Shown: piece by piece, positions 34,907 through 44,037 of the stretch
Numbering within the stretch: position 1 is the first letter of the stretch
How the letters are laid out: each line of letters begins with the position of its first letter
Assembly: GCA_963667565.1 (NCBI GenBank)
Contig: OY763415.1
Coordinates: forward strand, 1,600,001-1,664,000
Source: Acholeplasmataceae bacterium
GTDB lineage: Bacteria > Bacillota_I > Bacilli_A > Acholeplasmatales > Acholeplasmataceae
Direction: 5' to 3'
Length of the DNA stretch: 64,000 nt
Position numbers and translations under genes: made by a program
The notes under the pieces: generated by a model
The model's database searches: none
What the model was told of the DNA's origin: nothing
The model's input: the letters and a program-made list of their open reading frames with translations, nothing else

Positions 34907-35983
34907 ATGAAGAAAATTTTTACCCTAGTTTTATCATTGATTATGGTTTTTGCTTTTGTGGCATGCAAAGACGAACCAGATACACCAGATACACCAGATG
35001 TTCCAAAAGAATACATTACAGAAAAACCAGTTGGTGGGACAGACATCATTACTAAGGAAGCTACCGAAAAAGGGACGATAGTGGAAATCTACTATGATAC
35101 AAGAGCATATTACGTAGAAGCAGAATATCCTGATGCAGGTGAAATTGACGTTAATAAACGTGCATATGTTTATCTCCCATATGGTTATGATGCAAATGAT
35201 ACATCAACTAAATATAATGTTTTGTACCTTCTACATGGAAGCGGACTTAATGAAGGTTACTGGTTCAAACAAGGTACATATGCCTCTGATACATCAGTTT
35301 ACACGATGGGATATGGAACTAATAATGTAGTTGATAATCTAATTCAAGAAGGAAAAGCAGCAAAAACAATCATTGTTACACCTCATCTATATGCAAGCGA
35401 TAGTTTATCTGATGATTATTACACTGCAGGGCCAAAACCAGGAGCTTCAATACCGGGTTACGTGGTTGACAATAACAGTTTAAATGTAATATTGAATTTT
35501 GGTAAAGAGTTAGTCAACGATTTGATGCCATATATTGCTAATCATTTTAACACATATGCTGTATCAGGTAGTTCAGAAGATTTAATAGCAGCACGTGACC
35601 ATCAAGCTTATGTAGGTTTATCATTAGGATCTATGACAAGTTATGGCTCAATTTTCAGCTATTGTCTTGACTATATTTCATATATTGGATCTTTATCTGG
35701 AGGTCCAATGGGTATTACTACAGACGAAATTATCAGTAATTATAATACAAATTATTCTAACGATCATATAAACTATTGGTTTGTAAGCTGTGGCTCATCA
35801 GAATACAGTGATGACTCATTAACACCATATTTGGCTATCAAGAATGCATTAAACATGCAATCTGGAAGCGATATTGCAAATGGTGATAATTGCGAGTATG
35901 TGGTTGTTAGTGGTACAGCTCACAACTATGCGACTTGGATAACTGGATTATATAGTTTAATGCAAATATTCTTTATGAAATAA
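34907..35983 (+). CDS. Lipoprotein esterase (alpha/beta hydrolase, CE1-like)
   Basis: Lipobox FVAC; VYLPYGYD...YNVLYLLHG, GLSLG nucleophile elbow, GTAHNY. Confidence 0.8.
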   Translation: MKKIFTLVLSLIMVFAFVACKDEPDTPDTPDVPKEYITEKPVGGTDIITKEATEKGTIVEIYYDTRAYYVEAEYPDAGEIDVNKRAYVYLPYGYDANDTSTKYNVLYLLHGSGLNEGYWFKQGTYASDTSVYTMGYGTNNVVDNLIQEGKAAKTIIVTPHLYASDSLSDDYYTAGPKPGASIPGYVVDNNSLNVILNFGKELVNDLMPYIANHFNTYAVSGSSEDLIAARDHQAYVGLSLGSMTSYGSIFSYCLDYISYIGSLSGGPMGITTDEIISNYNTNYSNDHINYWFVSCGSSEYSDDSLTPYLAIKNALNMQSGSDIANGDNCEYVVVSGTAHNYATWITGLYSLMQIFFMK

Positions 35984-36007
35984 CATTCAAAAAACGCTCA
36001 TTAAGAT

Positions 36008-36037
36008 AAACAACGACATTCTAATGTCGTTGTTTTT
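36008..36037 (+). terminator. Intrinsic terminator of the esterase gene
   Basis: AAACAACGACATT-CT-AATGTCGTTGTTT followed by Ts. Confidence 0.75.
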
Positions 36038-36115
36038 ATTTGATATGAGCATTGTTTTTTAACAAGGATTCATTATGTTTGGCTAAAGATATGTATGTAA
36101 TCTAATGATTATAGT

Positions 36116-36155
36116 AAAACAGACTGTATACCTAATTTAGTATACAGTCTGTTTT
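36116..36155 (-). terminator. Hairpin ending the minus-strand operon
   Basis: AAAACAGACTGTATAC...GTATACAGTCTGTTTT perfect 16-bp stem. Confidence 0.7.
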
Positions 36156-37052
36156 TTTAAAGATAATTATAAACGTTTTATTTTGTTGATTTGTATGACC
36201 GAAAATGTAGTCTTCTATGACTTGGATACGTAATGCTTTTCCTTCAGTAGAAAGTGCATCATGTGATCCACCCTCTGTTTCATAGTATTCACAAATACCT
36301 GTGTCCCTAGTATTATATAGTTCATAGGTTGCTCTTGATAGCTCAGATGAGAATATTTCATCACCAGTAGCATGAAACATAATAAAGTCACCAGTATATG
36401 CTAATAATCGTTGATCCCAAGTTTGTCCATCTTGAATTGTATACTGAGGGAACTCATTGTCAGCAAATCCTGCTTGAGATTCAGTAAATCCAGATGCTGT
36501 AATAATGATACCAGCAATATATTGTTGGAAATACTCAGCTGAAAGCATGATTGTAATACCGCCCATTGATTCTCCATAGAAGTAAATCTTATCTTGATCA
36601 ACCCAGGGAAGAGATTGAACATATTTAAGCATAGTATTAAGATCTGAAGCACGTGAAGTCACTGTAGCACTACCATCATCAGACTTAGTGCTATCTGATG
36701 CACCGCGGCATCCAAAAGTGATTGCTGAAATGTTTTTACCAGTGAATTCTTTTGCAAGACTTGATAGCATCAGTTCATCTCCGCCTGCACCATGAACACA
36801 AATGACTATAGGAAGCTTATCACCGCTCTCCTTATCAAAGTCTTTTGGAAGATATTCAATGCCATAAACTTTGCCATCCGCTTCATCATTCCAAGCATAG
36901 AATTCGTAAGAAACACCAGTAGGATAGTCCTGTAATTTACCCATGAACTTTGGATAACTATCTGGTCCATCTGTAGGCGTTTTTTCATCTCCACATGCGG
37001 CAAGAGAAAATATCGATATTATCATTAAAGTAATTACGAATAATTTTTTCAT
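36132..37052 (-). CDS. Lipoprotein alpha/beta hydrolase (esterase)
   Basis: Lipobox LAAC; VHGAGG, GESMGG, HATGD, GGSH. Confidence 0.8.
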   Translation of the reverse strand: MKKLFVITLMIISIFSLAACGDEKTPTDGPDSYPKFMGKLQDYPTGVSYEFYAWNDEADGKVYGIEYLPKDFDKESGDKLPIVICVHGAGGDELMLSSLAKEFTGKNISAITFGCRGASDSTKSDDGSATVTSRASDLNTMLKYVQSLPWVDQDKIYFYGESMGGITIMLSAEYFQQYIAGIIITASGFTESQAGFADNEFPQYTIQDGQTWDQRLLAYTGDFIMFHATGDEIFSSELSRATYELYNTRDTGICEYYETEGGSHDALSTEGKALRIQVIEDYIFGHTNQQNKTFIIIFKKTDCILN

Positions 37053-37162
37053 GATCACCTATAGTGTATTTAGTAAAGCATATGTTATACATACTAAATA
37101 CATCATCCTTTCTTTTTTATATTTGTCATAGATTTTGTTAATTGTCATTAAATGATATCTAG

Positions 37163-38005
37163 TTAATGTAACATGGCATAAGCTGAATATTCGTCTGCAA
37201 TAAGTACATCACATTGTTGACTTAAATACATAAAGTAAGCTTCTGCATCAGTATCATACTCAACAATTGTCGCTCCACTGTTTTTTAAAACTCCGCTTTC
37301 GATAGCCTCTTTGATAAGTTCACTACCAGTTCTTCCTTTTAAAACACCAATAACTTTTCCTTTAAGGTCAGATAATTCACTGAAATTCTCAGCTGAATCA
37401 GAAATGATTTGCTGATATCCCTTAGAATACACATCGCTAACATAAAAGTCTGTCTCTACTTGTTCACTTAAAGCAACACCGGTTGCTAAAATATCTGCAT
37501 TTCCATTTTTTACATAATCATATGCTGTTTCATATGGGAAATCTCTTACAAGTGGCTTCATTTCAAGGTTATCAGCAAGCATAACCATAAGATACATATC
37601 AACGCCATCAACACCGTTTCCATAAGCCCCTGAAAACTGATAGGGACTAAAAACAGAAGTAAGAATGTTAATAGGATTACCCTCGTTATCAAGGATATTA
37701 AGTTCTCCTAAAAAATCTTCACTCCAAGTTGTTCTATTTAGATATCGTGTCATCAAATCATCACAATCTAGGGAATTTATAATCTTATTAATCTCAGTGA
37801 GATAAAGATTGGCATTTGGAGATTCTTTTGAGATACAGATGACATATTCAGTTTGTGCTACATCTTCAATTTTGTTTGATACAAGATTACCAGTTTTCAC
37901 AATTTCTTTTTCTTGACAGCCTGAGATGAAAAATGCTGTGAAAATCAATAGTGTAATCGCAAATATGATTGAAGTATATCTAGATGTTTTTTTATTTATT
38001 GTCAT
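37163..38005 (-). CDS. Family-3 solute-binding lipoprotein, circularly permuted
   Basis: Lipobox ISGC; PYQF, GVD, GNADI, SDVY, DLKGKVIGVLKG; the usual C-terminal segment sits at the N-terminus. Confidence 0.75.
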   Translation of the reverse strand: MTINKKTSRYTSIIFAITLLIFTAFFISGCQEKEIVKTGNLVSNKIEDVAQTEYVICISKESPNANLYLTEINKIINSLDCDDLMTRYLNRTTWSEDFLGELNILDNEGNPINILTSVFSPYQFSGAYGNGVDGVDMYLMVMLADNLEMKPLVRDFPYETAYDYVKNGNADILATGVALSEQVETDFYVSDVYSKGYQQIISDSAENFSELSDLKGKVIGVLKGRTGSELIKEAIESGVLKNSGATIVEYDTDAEAYFMYLSQQCDVLIADEYSAYAMLH

Positions 38006-39243
38006 GATTTAAAAAATACCAACATAAGATTATAAAGGTTTGTGACCCAAGTTGCATAGTTGTGAGCTGTTCCATTAACTACAATAAATTCAATTTGATC
38101 TCCACCTGCAATATCGCTTCCTTCATTCCAGTGCATTGCATTTTTGACTGTCAACATTTGACTATCCGCAGCTTCCGGACCTTCTTGAGAACCGCAGCTA
38201 ATGAAAACATAGTTTACAGGATATTGTTCTTCTTTGGCTTGCATATTTGCAATTTGAGATTCTCCAGGTGTACCAGCTGATTCATATGCAAAATAAGAAA
38301 TGTATTCAAGGCAATTAAGAAGAACGGAATTAACACTTCCTCCACCACGTGATAAACCTGTGAAACCCACATGATCACGTGCAGCCTTAAGATCTGCATC
38401 ATCAGTAGAAGCAGCATAAGTGTTGAAATTTTCAACAACATAAGGCATTAAATGGTATAACCATTCTTTCCAGTAAACAGAGTCAGTACCTTCTTTTGAT
38501 TCACCAATTCCAAGTCTGTAGCCTAAATCATTTTCTGGATCGACATATCCACTATAGAGATTACCTTGTTCAGCAGTACCACCAACATAATTAGGATTAT
38601 CTGGATCACCACTATATTCACCATTGTAATATTGATACATTGTCATACCGACAAAAATAGTATCTTCACAAAGGTTGTTTTCAAGCATATAATCTAACAT
38701 GTTTTCTGTGCCATATCCACCTGTATATGCTGATTGATTTTCTTCCCAAGCATATGAGCCTTGAGCAAACCAGTATCCCTCATTTAATTTATTTCCGTGC
38801 ATCATATAAAGAACATTATATTTTTTTGAAGTATCGTTTTTATCATATCCGTAAGGAAGATACACATAGGCACGTTTATAAATCCAAAGTTCATCACCTT
38901 CGTTATAACCAGGAAGATTTCTTTCTTCTACACCATATGCTCTTGTTCTATACCAAAAATATTCAATTGTACCTTGATTTTGTTGATCTGTCAAAAGAAT
39001 TTCTGGAGAACTTAACATAGGTTCTTGTCTAAATACTGTAGTTTCACCGCACATTGTACATTGCCCATCTACAAAATTGTGATGTACAGTTGAACCATCT
39101 TCACTACCTGTAATTACATGTGTTTCTTGGTCGTGTGTTTTTTTGATAGGTGTAGTTTCTTCCCCACATGCCATCAAAGAGAACGTTAACATCAAAGCCA
39201 AAAAAACACTCATTAAAGTTTTTAAAACATTTGTTTTTCTCAT
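38002..39243 (-). CDS. Lipoprotein esterase, paralog of 34907..35983
   Basis: Lipobox LMAC; KRAYVYLPYGYD, LNEGYWF, AARDH, GLSRG, GTAHNYATW; ATG 39243 after AGGGAG. Confidence 0.8.
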   Translation of the reverse strand: MRKTNVLKTLMSVFLALMLTFSLMACGEETTPIKKTHDQETHVITGSEDGSTVHHNFVDGQCTMCGETTVFRQEPMLSSPEILLTDQQNQGTIEYFWYRTRAYGVEERNLPGYNEGDELWIYKRAYVYLPYGYDKNDTSKKYNVLYMMHGNKLNEGYWFAQGSYAWEENQSAYTGGYGTENMLDYMLENNLCEDTIFVGMTMYQYYNGEYSGDPDNPNYVGGTAEQGNLYSGYVDPENDLGYRLGIGESKEGTDSVYWKEWLYHLMPYVVENFNTYAASTDDADLKAARDHVGFTGLSRGGGSVNSVLLNCLEYISYFAYESAGTPGESQIANMQAKEEQYPVNYVFISCGSQEGPEAADSQMLTVKNAMHWNEGSDIAGGDQIEFIVVNGTAHNYATWVTNLYNLMLVFFKS

Positions 39244-39362
39244 TTTTATACTCTCCCTCTTATTTTTATGAACAATATGTTCAATCATATATACATTTAG
39301 ACGTTTTCATCATAGAATAAGTTTACATTTAATGCACTACAATAGACATATGTATCATCATT

Positions 39363-40196
39363 TCACGCGTTAGCTTTTGCAACGATGAGCATTGCTGATA
39401 GATAATCTATCATGAGAACATCGCACATTTCGGTGTGAAGCATCGATTCTGCTTCTGCATCTGTTTCACATGCCAAAATAGTTGCTCCACTATTTTTTAA
39501 TAAGCCATTTGCAATCGCTTCAGAGACAATTTTTTCACTATCTCTGCCTTTAACAACCCCGATGACTTTGCCTTTAAGATCTGATAAATCAGTAAAATTT
39601 TCATTTGCATCTGATATAATTTGTTGTTTACCAGTTAAGTAAACTTCACTCACTAAAAAGTCATTTCTTATCTCGTTAGAAAGCGAAATACCGCCTGTAA
39701 ATATATCTGCATGACCGTTTTTTACTTCGTTATATGAATAAGAATATACTCGGTCATAAGTGATAAGTTTTTTATTGAGGTTTTCAGCAACATGAAGCAT
39801 AATGTATGCATCTATTCCGTCAGTATAGGCTCCACCTGCACCTGAATAATTAAATGGTTCTAATGTTACAGTCATTACTCTTAAATCGCCACCAGTATTA
39901 TCATTCAAGTTATACATATAGTTTTCTAAAGTCTTAAAGGATCTTCTATTTTTATAGTCGCTATATTTTATTGCAATATCATTCATATCGATTTCTGAAA
40001 TCGAATCGTTAACGGCCTTTAGTATCTTATCTGCATCTGGAATATTTTTGGATATACAGATAACATACTCCGTTTCTGAAAAACCAATTAAATCGTTAGT
40101 CACTAATTCACCACTCTTGGATAGTGATTTGGAGTCTAGACATGAGCTTAGAATAAAAGCTGAAAAGATAAACATAAGTATTAATATTTTTTTCAT
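39363..40196 (-). CDS. Family-3 solute-binding lipoprotein, circularly permuted, paralog of 37163..38005
   Basis: Lipobox LSSC; TEYVICISK, EPFNY, DGID, GHADI, DLKGKVIGVVKGR, CDVLMID. Confidence 0.75.
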   Translation of the reverse strand: MKKILILMFIFSAFILSSCLDSKSLSKSGELVTNDLIGFSETEYVICISKNIPDADKILKAVNDSISEIDMNDIAIKYSDYKNRRSFKTLENYMYNLNDNTGGDLRVMTVTLEPFNYSGAGGAYTDGIDAYIMLHVAENLNKKLITYDRVYSYSYNEVKNGHADIFTGGISLSNEIRNDFLVSEVYLTGKQQIISDANENFTDLSDLKGKVIGVVKGRDSEKIVSEAIANGLLKNSGATILACETDAEAESMLHTEMCDVLMIDYLSAMLIVAKANA

Positions 40197-40213
40197 ATGA
40201 TGTCCCTCTATAT

Positions 40214-41032
40214 TTATGCTGTAATGATGCCCATCTCAATTAAATATTGATTAATATCATCCATACATTTTTCGTAATCGCTAGGTTGAAAACTATGTGG
40301 AGCATCCTCAATGATATACAATGTCATTCGATTTTCACCAAAATAATCAAATAAATCAGTAACCACTTTTTCATTTACAGCATCATCTGCTGTACCCCAA
40401 AGTACAATAAACTTCTTATTGAAATGATCAAACTCTTCATAAGGATCAACTGAACCGTCATTTGCCATAATGGCTGGAGCTTGTAAGATGACTGCTTGAA
40501 TATCTTGGACGCATCTTCCAGCAGTAACAGAAGTAACAAGACCACCAAAACTTGAACCAAATAGCGCAATTTTAGATGCATCTATAAAACTCATTTGTTT
40601 AAAGTCTTCGATAATTGCTGTTAAATCAGATACCTCAGTCAATACTGTCATATCTTCAAAATTACCATCGCTTTTAGAGAGTACTGAACCACCACAAAAA
40701 TCAAATGTGTAACAAAGTATTCCATGGGCAACCACATTTTTCACAAGAGAATTAGTTTGATCTGCACCAGTGGCATTATATCCATGACTCATGATAAGGA
40801 TAGGATACGCTTTATGTTCATCAAAATTAGAAGGGCGATAAATATGTCCAAATATCTCCAAATCTCCATTTTTGACCCAGTGAATAACACTAGAAAAATC
40901 TTTGTAGTCTTCTTCATAACCTTCACTCATTGAATAAGGTCTGTCAGGTGTGACAGGTGATTCCTCACTACATCCTGTTAATATAGTAACGATTGAAAGC
41001 ATGGATAGTATTATGATAATAAATTTTTTCAT
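40214..41032 (-). CDS. Lipoprotein alpha/beta hydrolase (feruloyl/acetyl esterase-like)
   Basis: Lipobox LTGC; SHGY, FDFCGGS..SDG, GSSFGG, GTADDAV, APHSF. Confidence 0.8.
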   Translation of the reverse strand: MKKFIIIILSMLSIVTILTGCSEESPVTPDRPYSMSEGYEEDYKDFSSVIHWVKNGDLEIFGHIYRPSNFDEHKAYPILIMSHGYNATGADQTNSLVKNVVAHGILCYTFDFCGGSVLSKSDGNFEDMTVLTEVSDLTAIIEDFKQMSFIDASKIALFGSSFGGLVTSVTAGRCVQDIQAVILQAPAIMANDGSVDPYEEFDHFNKKFIVLWGTADDAVNEKVVTDLFDYFGENRMTLYIIEDAPHSFQPSDYEKCMDDINQYLIEMGIITA

Positions 41033-41130
41033 TTTTCTCCCCTTATGAAATATGTGTATGTGTTTATTAAGCTATGTCATATGTATAGTTAAAATTATTT
41101 TAAATCATGACCATTTATTGAAATCAAGTG

Positions 41131-42888
41131 TTATAATTTTGTATCCCAAATACCACAAAATGAATCTACTGGATCAACACCTATAAATTGCGTTTTACCT
41201 GTGAGTTTATTGACAAGGGCTTGTATAGATTCATCCTTGTCAGAATAAGCATTAATGTATGTTTTTGCTTGAGGTACATCAGCTAAAACAAAAGGACTAG
41301 CCAAAGATATAACAATGACTGGTAATTCGTTTACATACCAAGGAATTTCGCCGCCACCTTTACTCATACTCCAACTGATTCGTTCAGAAGTTTGGCCATA
41401 TGATGCAACGTTGGTTAATGTTATGACAAGGTCGTATTGACTGACAAAACTTTCTATAGACGTTTTAGCAGCAAAATATAAATTAATTTCTTTACCTTTT
41501 TCTTCAGGTGGAAGTTTTGCTATACGCTCAAAAGGAGATTCATAGATTTCAACATCAAAACCTTGTTGTTCTAAGAGTTCCTTTACTTTTTCAGCAGGCG
41601 TTTTTTTAGGTTCATTCTTCAATATTGTAAAAAGACTAGCTGCAGTTAAACCTTTAGCTGGAACAATAAGTATTCTCTTGTATTTATCTGGAGTGATTGG
41701 TAATACATCTTGCTTGTTTTTGACAAGTGTAATTGATTTTTCTGCAACTTCATGGGCAATTTTTTTATGTTCTTGACAACCAATTTTTGCCAATTTGCTT
41801 TCATCTAATTCAAAGGGTTCCATCAATCCTAGAGCAGCTTTAGTTCCAAGTATTCTAGTTAAAGATTCATTTAAACGCTTTTCGGATATGATTCCATTTA
41901 AGTAACCTTTTTTCATAAAGTCAAAATCTTCATCCATATCATTAAAGAATAGAAACATATCACAACCTGCAGCAATAGCTTTAGGTAACATTTCAGAACG
42001 CTTCATTCTTGAGGTGAGTCCGACCATATGAGATGCATCTGTGACGATTAATCCATTAAATCCAAGTTTATCTCTTAAAAGATCATTAAGTAATTCACTG
42101 GAAAGAGTTGCAGGCATGATTTTATCATCGGTCAATTGAGGATTGAGCATTTTTGAGTATTCAGGTAACATAATATGGCCAACCATTACAGACTGAACGC
42201 CTGCATCAATCATCCCTTTGTACACCTTGCCAAAACTTTCATCCCATGCTTTAACAGATAAACTATTTACGGAATTTGACAAATGTTGATCACGTTCATC
42301 AATGCCATCACCAGGAAAATGCTTAATTGCACAAATGCAATTTGAATTTTCCATCACACCTCTTAAATATGCTTTACCAAATTGTAATACCTTTTCTGCA
42401 TCATTACTAAAACAACGCGTAGAAATAATTGGATTTCTCCAATTTCTGTGTATGTCTACAATAGGCGAAAAAAGCCAATTACAGCCTATAGCATCCGCTT
42501 CAACTCCGGAAACTTTACCAAGGTTATAAGCACAAACTGGATCATTAGTTGCTCCAATTTTTGTTGGCATACCTATGCTTGTACCATCAAGACATGCGCC
42601 ATCACCACCACCTTCGGTGTTGCTTGCAATTAATAAAGGAATTTTACTATTGCTTTGTAAAACCTTATTTTGCTCTAAAACATCTTTTCCTAAGGCTGGA
42701 TTGTATCTAGCGCCACCTATGTGGTAAGTTTTTAATATGTGTTTAAGATAATTTTCATCTCTGGTTGCGCCGAGGTTGACAAATAGTTGTCCAATCTTTT
42801 CATCAAGTGACATTTCTTTTATTGTTTTTTCTACCCACTTTATCTCGCTCTCGCTCAAATAAAACGGTTTTTCTTTTAGATTAACCAT
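41131..42888 (-). CDS. Cytoplasmic GH3 enzyme, Nag3/BglP-like (beta-glucosidase/N-acetylglucosaminidase, possible phosphorylase)
   Basis: KPFYL...WV...MSLDEKIGQLF, KHFPGDGIDERDQH, LGFNGLIVTDA. Confidence 0.85.
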   Translation of the reverse strand: MVNLKEKPFYLSESEIKWVEKTIKEMSLDEKIGQLFVNLGATRDENYLKHILKTYHIGGARYNPALGKDVLEQNKVLQSNSKIPLLIASNTEGGGDGACLDGTSIGMPTKIGATNDPVCAYNLGKVSGVEADAIGCNWLFSPIVDIHRNWRNPIISTRCFSNDAEKVLQFGKAYLRGVMENSNCICAIKHFPGDGIDERDQHLSNSVNSLSVKAWDESFGKVYKGMIDAGVQSVMVGHIMLPEYSKMLNPQLTDDKIMPATLSSELLNDLLRDKLGFNGLIVTDASHMVGLTSRMKRSEMLPKAIAAGCDMFLFFNDMDEDFDFMKKGYLNGIISEKRLNESLTRILGTKAALGLMEPFELDESKLAKIGCQEHKKIAHEVAEKSITLVKNKQDVLPITPDKYKRILIVPAKGLTAASLFTILKNEPKKTPAEKVKELLEQQGFDVEIYESPFERIAKLPPEEKGKEINLYFAAKTSIESFVSQYDLVITLTNVASYGQTSERISWSMSKGGGEIPWYVNELPVIVISLASPFVLADVPQAKTYINAYSDKDESIQALVNKLTGKTQFIGVDPVDSFCGIWDTKL

Positions 42889-42930
42889 TTCTTTTATCCT
42901 TTCGTATCAATTATCCTTTAAATATGAATA

Positions 42931-42972
42931 CACAAAACAACTCAAACAAGAATAATTTGAGATTGTTTTGTG
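42931..42972. other. Intergenic stem-loop
   Basis: CACAAAACAA.CTCAAA / TTTGAGATTGTTTTGTG imperfect inverted repeat. Confidence 0.55.
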
Positions 42973-42984
42973 ATATGTATGACG

Positions 42985-44010
42985 TTAAATTTTTATAGTT
43001 TCGAGTTTAGCTCTTTTTTCATGTGCTAATGCTATTCTTGCTCGTTCAGCTCTTTTTACCTTGAATATATTCTCATTAGCAAGATAAATAAGAAGTGCTA
43101 AAAAGAGTAACATGGTTATCACATTTGTCTGTGCATCATTAAGTTGCAGTTTGCTTAAACCTAAAGAAAAGATATTTAGAGTTAATGATGCGATCAAAAT
43201 ACCTATTGCTTGATTAGACCAACGGGAGATATACATACCTAAAAACATTGGAAACATATTGGCTAAAACTGTACCATTACTCATGAATCCAGTTGATACT
43301 TTCATTCCGTTAGACATTGCTGCGTCTAGCATACCTGACGTAGATACAGCACCTCCTGCAAATGTATAACTTAATATCGCATTTCTAAAAACTTTAATTC
43401 CTGAAGATTTAGCAATTTTTTGAGATCCTTGTATTGCGCGTAAGTGATATCCATATCTTGTATAACCCAATAAAAACATGACTATACCAGCGCAAAGAAT
43501 TAATACCGACACAGTGAACCACATATTGATCAGTATATCGTTGCCATCAACACCAAAGATATTAAATCCTTTTCCATCAGATGTGAAAAATGCAACGCAT
43601 TCATATATCAAACCGAGGCCAATACCCAATACCATTGCAGGTACTCTTGTGACTACAAATAGTACACCAGTTAAGAATCCAAATAAAAGTCCGAAAACTA
43701 ATGCAAATACAAGTAATCCAACACCGCTTAATCCCAAAGATAAAGCGATATTACCACCTACAATTACCCCAACCAATCTTTGTGCACCTAATGATAAATC
43801 CATTCTGCCACAGGTTAGGTTAAATGATAAAGCATAAGCGATTAAGCTGGAAATTGCTGTCCGTCTTATGATGTTTTGCACGTCCAAAACAGAAGATATG
43901 ATATGATTTCCTTTCGTGATTACTAATAATTCCATAATAACGAAAATGACGATTGGAAAACATGCTGATATAATAATGTTTTTAAGTGTATTCTTTGTTT
44001 TAATTGACAT
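42985..44010 (-). CDS. Sugar ABC transporter permease (CUT2/RbsC-like)
   Basis: GRMDLSLG, TRYGYHLRAIQGSQKIAKSSGI, multiple TM helices. Confidence 0.85.
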   Translation of the reverse strand: MSIKTKNTLKNIIISACFPIVIFVIMELLVITKGNHIISSVLDVQNIIRRTAISSLIAYALSFNLTCGRMDLSLGAQRLVGVIVGGNIALSLGLSGVGLLVFALVFGLLFGFLTGVLFVVTRVPAMVLGIGLGLIYECVAFFTSDGKGFNIFGVDGNDILINMWFTVSVLILCAGIVMFLLGYTRYGYHLRAIQGSQKIAKSSGIKVFRNAILSYTFAGGAVSTSGMLDAAMSNGMKVSTGFMSNGTVLANMFPMFLGMYISRWSNQAIGILIASLTLNIFSLGLSKLQLNDAQTNVITMLLFLALLIYLANENIFKVKRAERARIALAHEKRAKLETIKI

Positions 44011-44037
44011 AAGGGGTATTCCAACTTTCTCTTTTTA

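Noticed and set aside
37059..37106. Possible 14-15-codon leader peptide (MYLVCITYALLNTL) on the minus strand overlapping a hairpin
   Set aside because: Too short to support, RBS spacing is poor, and the hairpin alone explains the sequence
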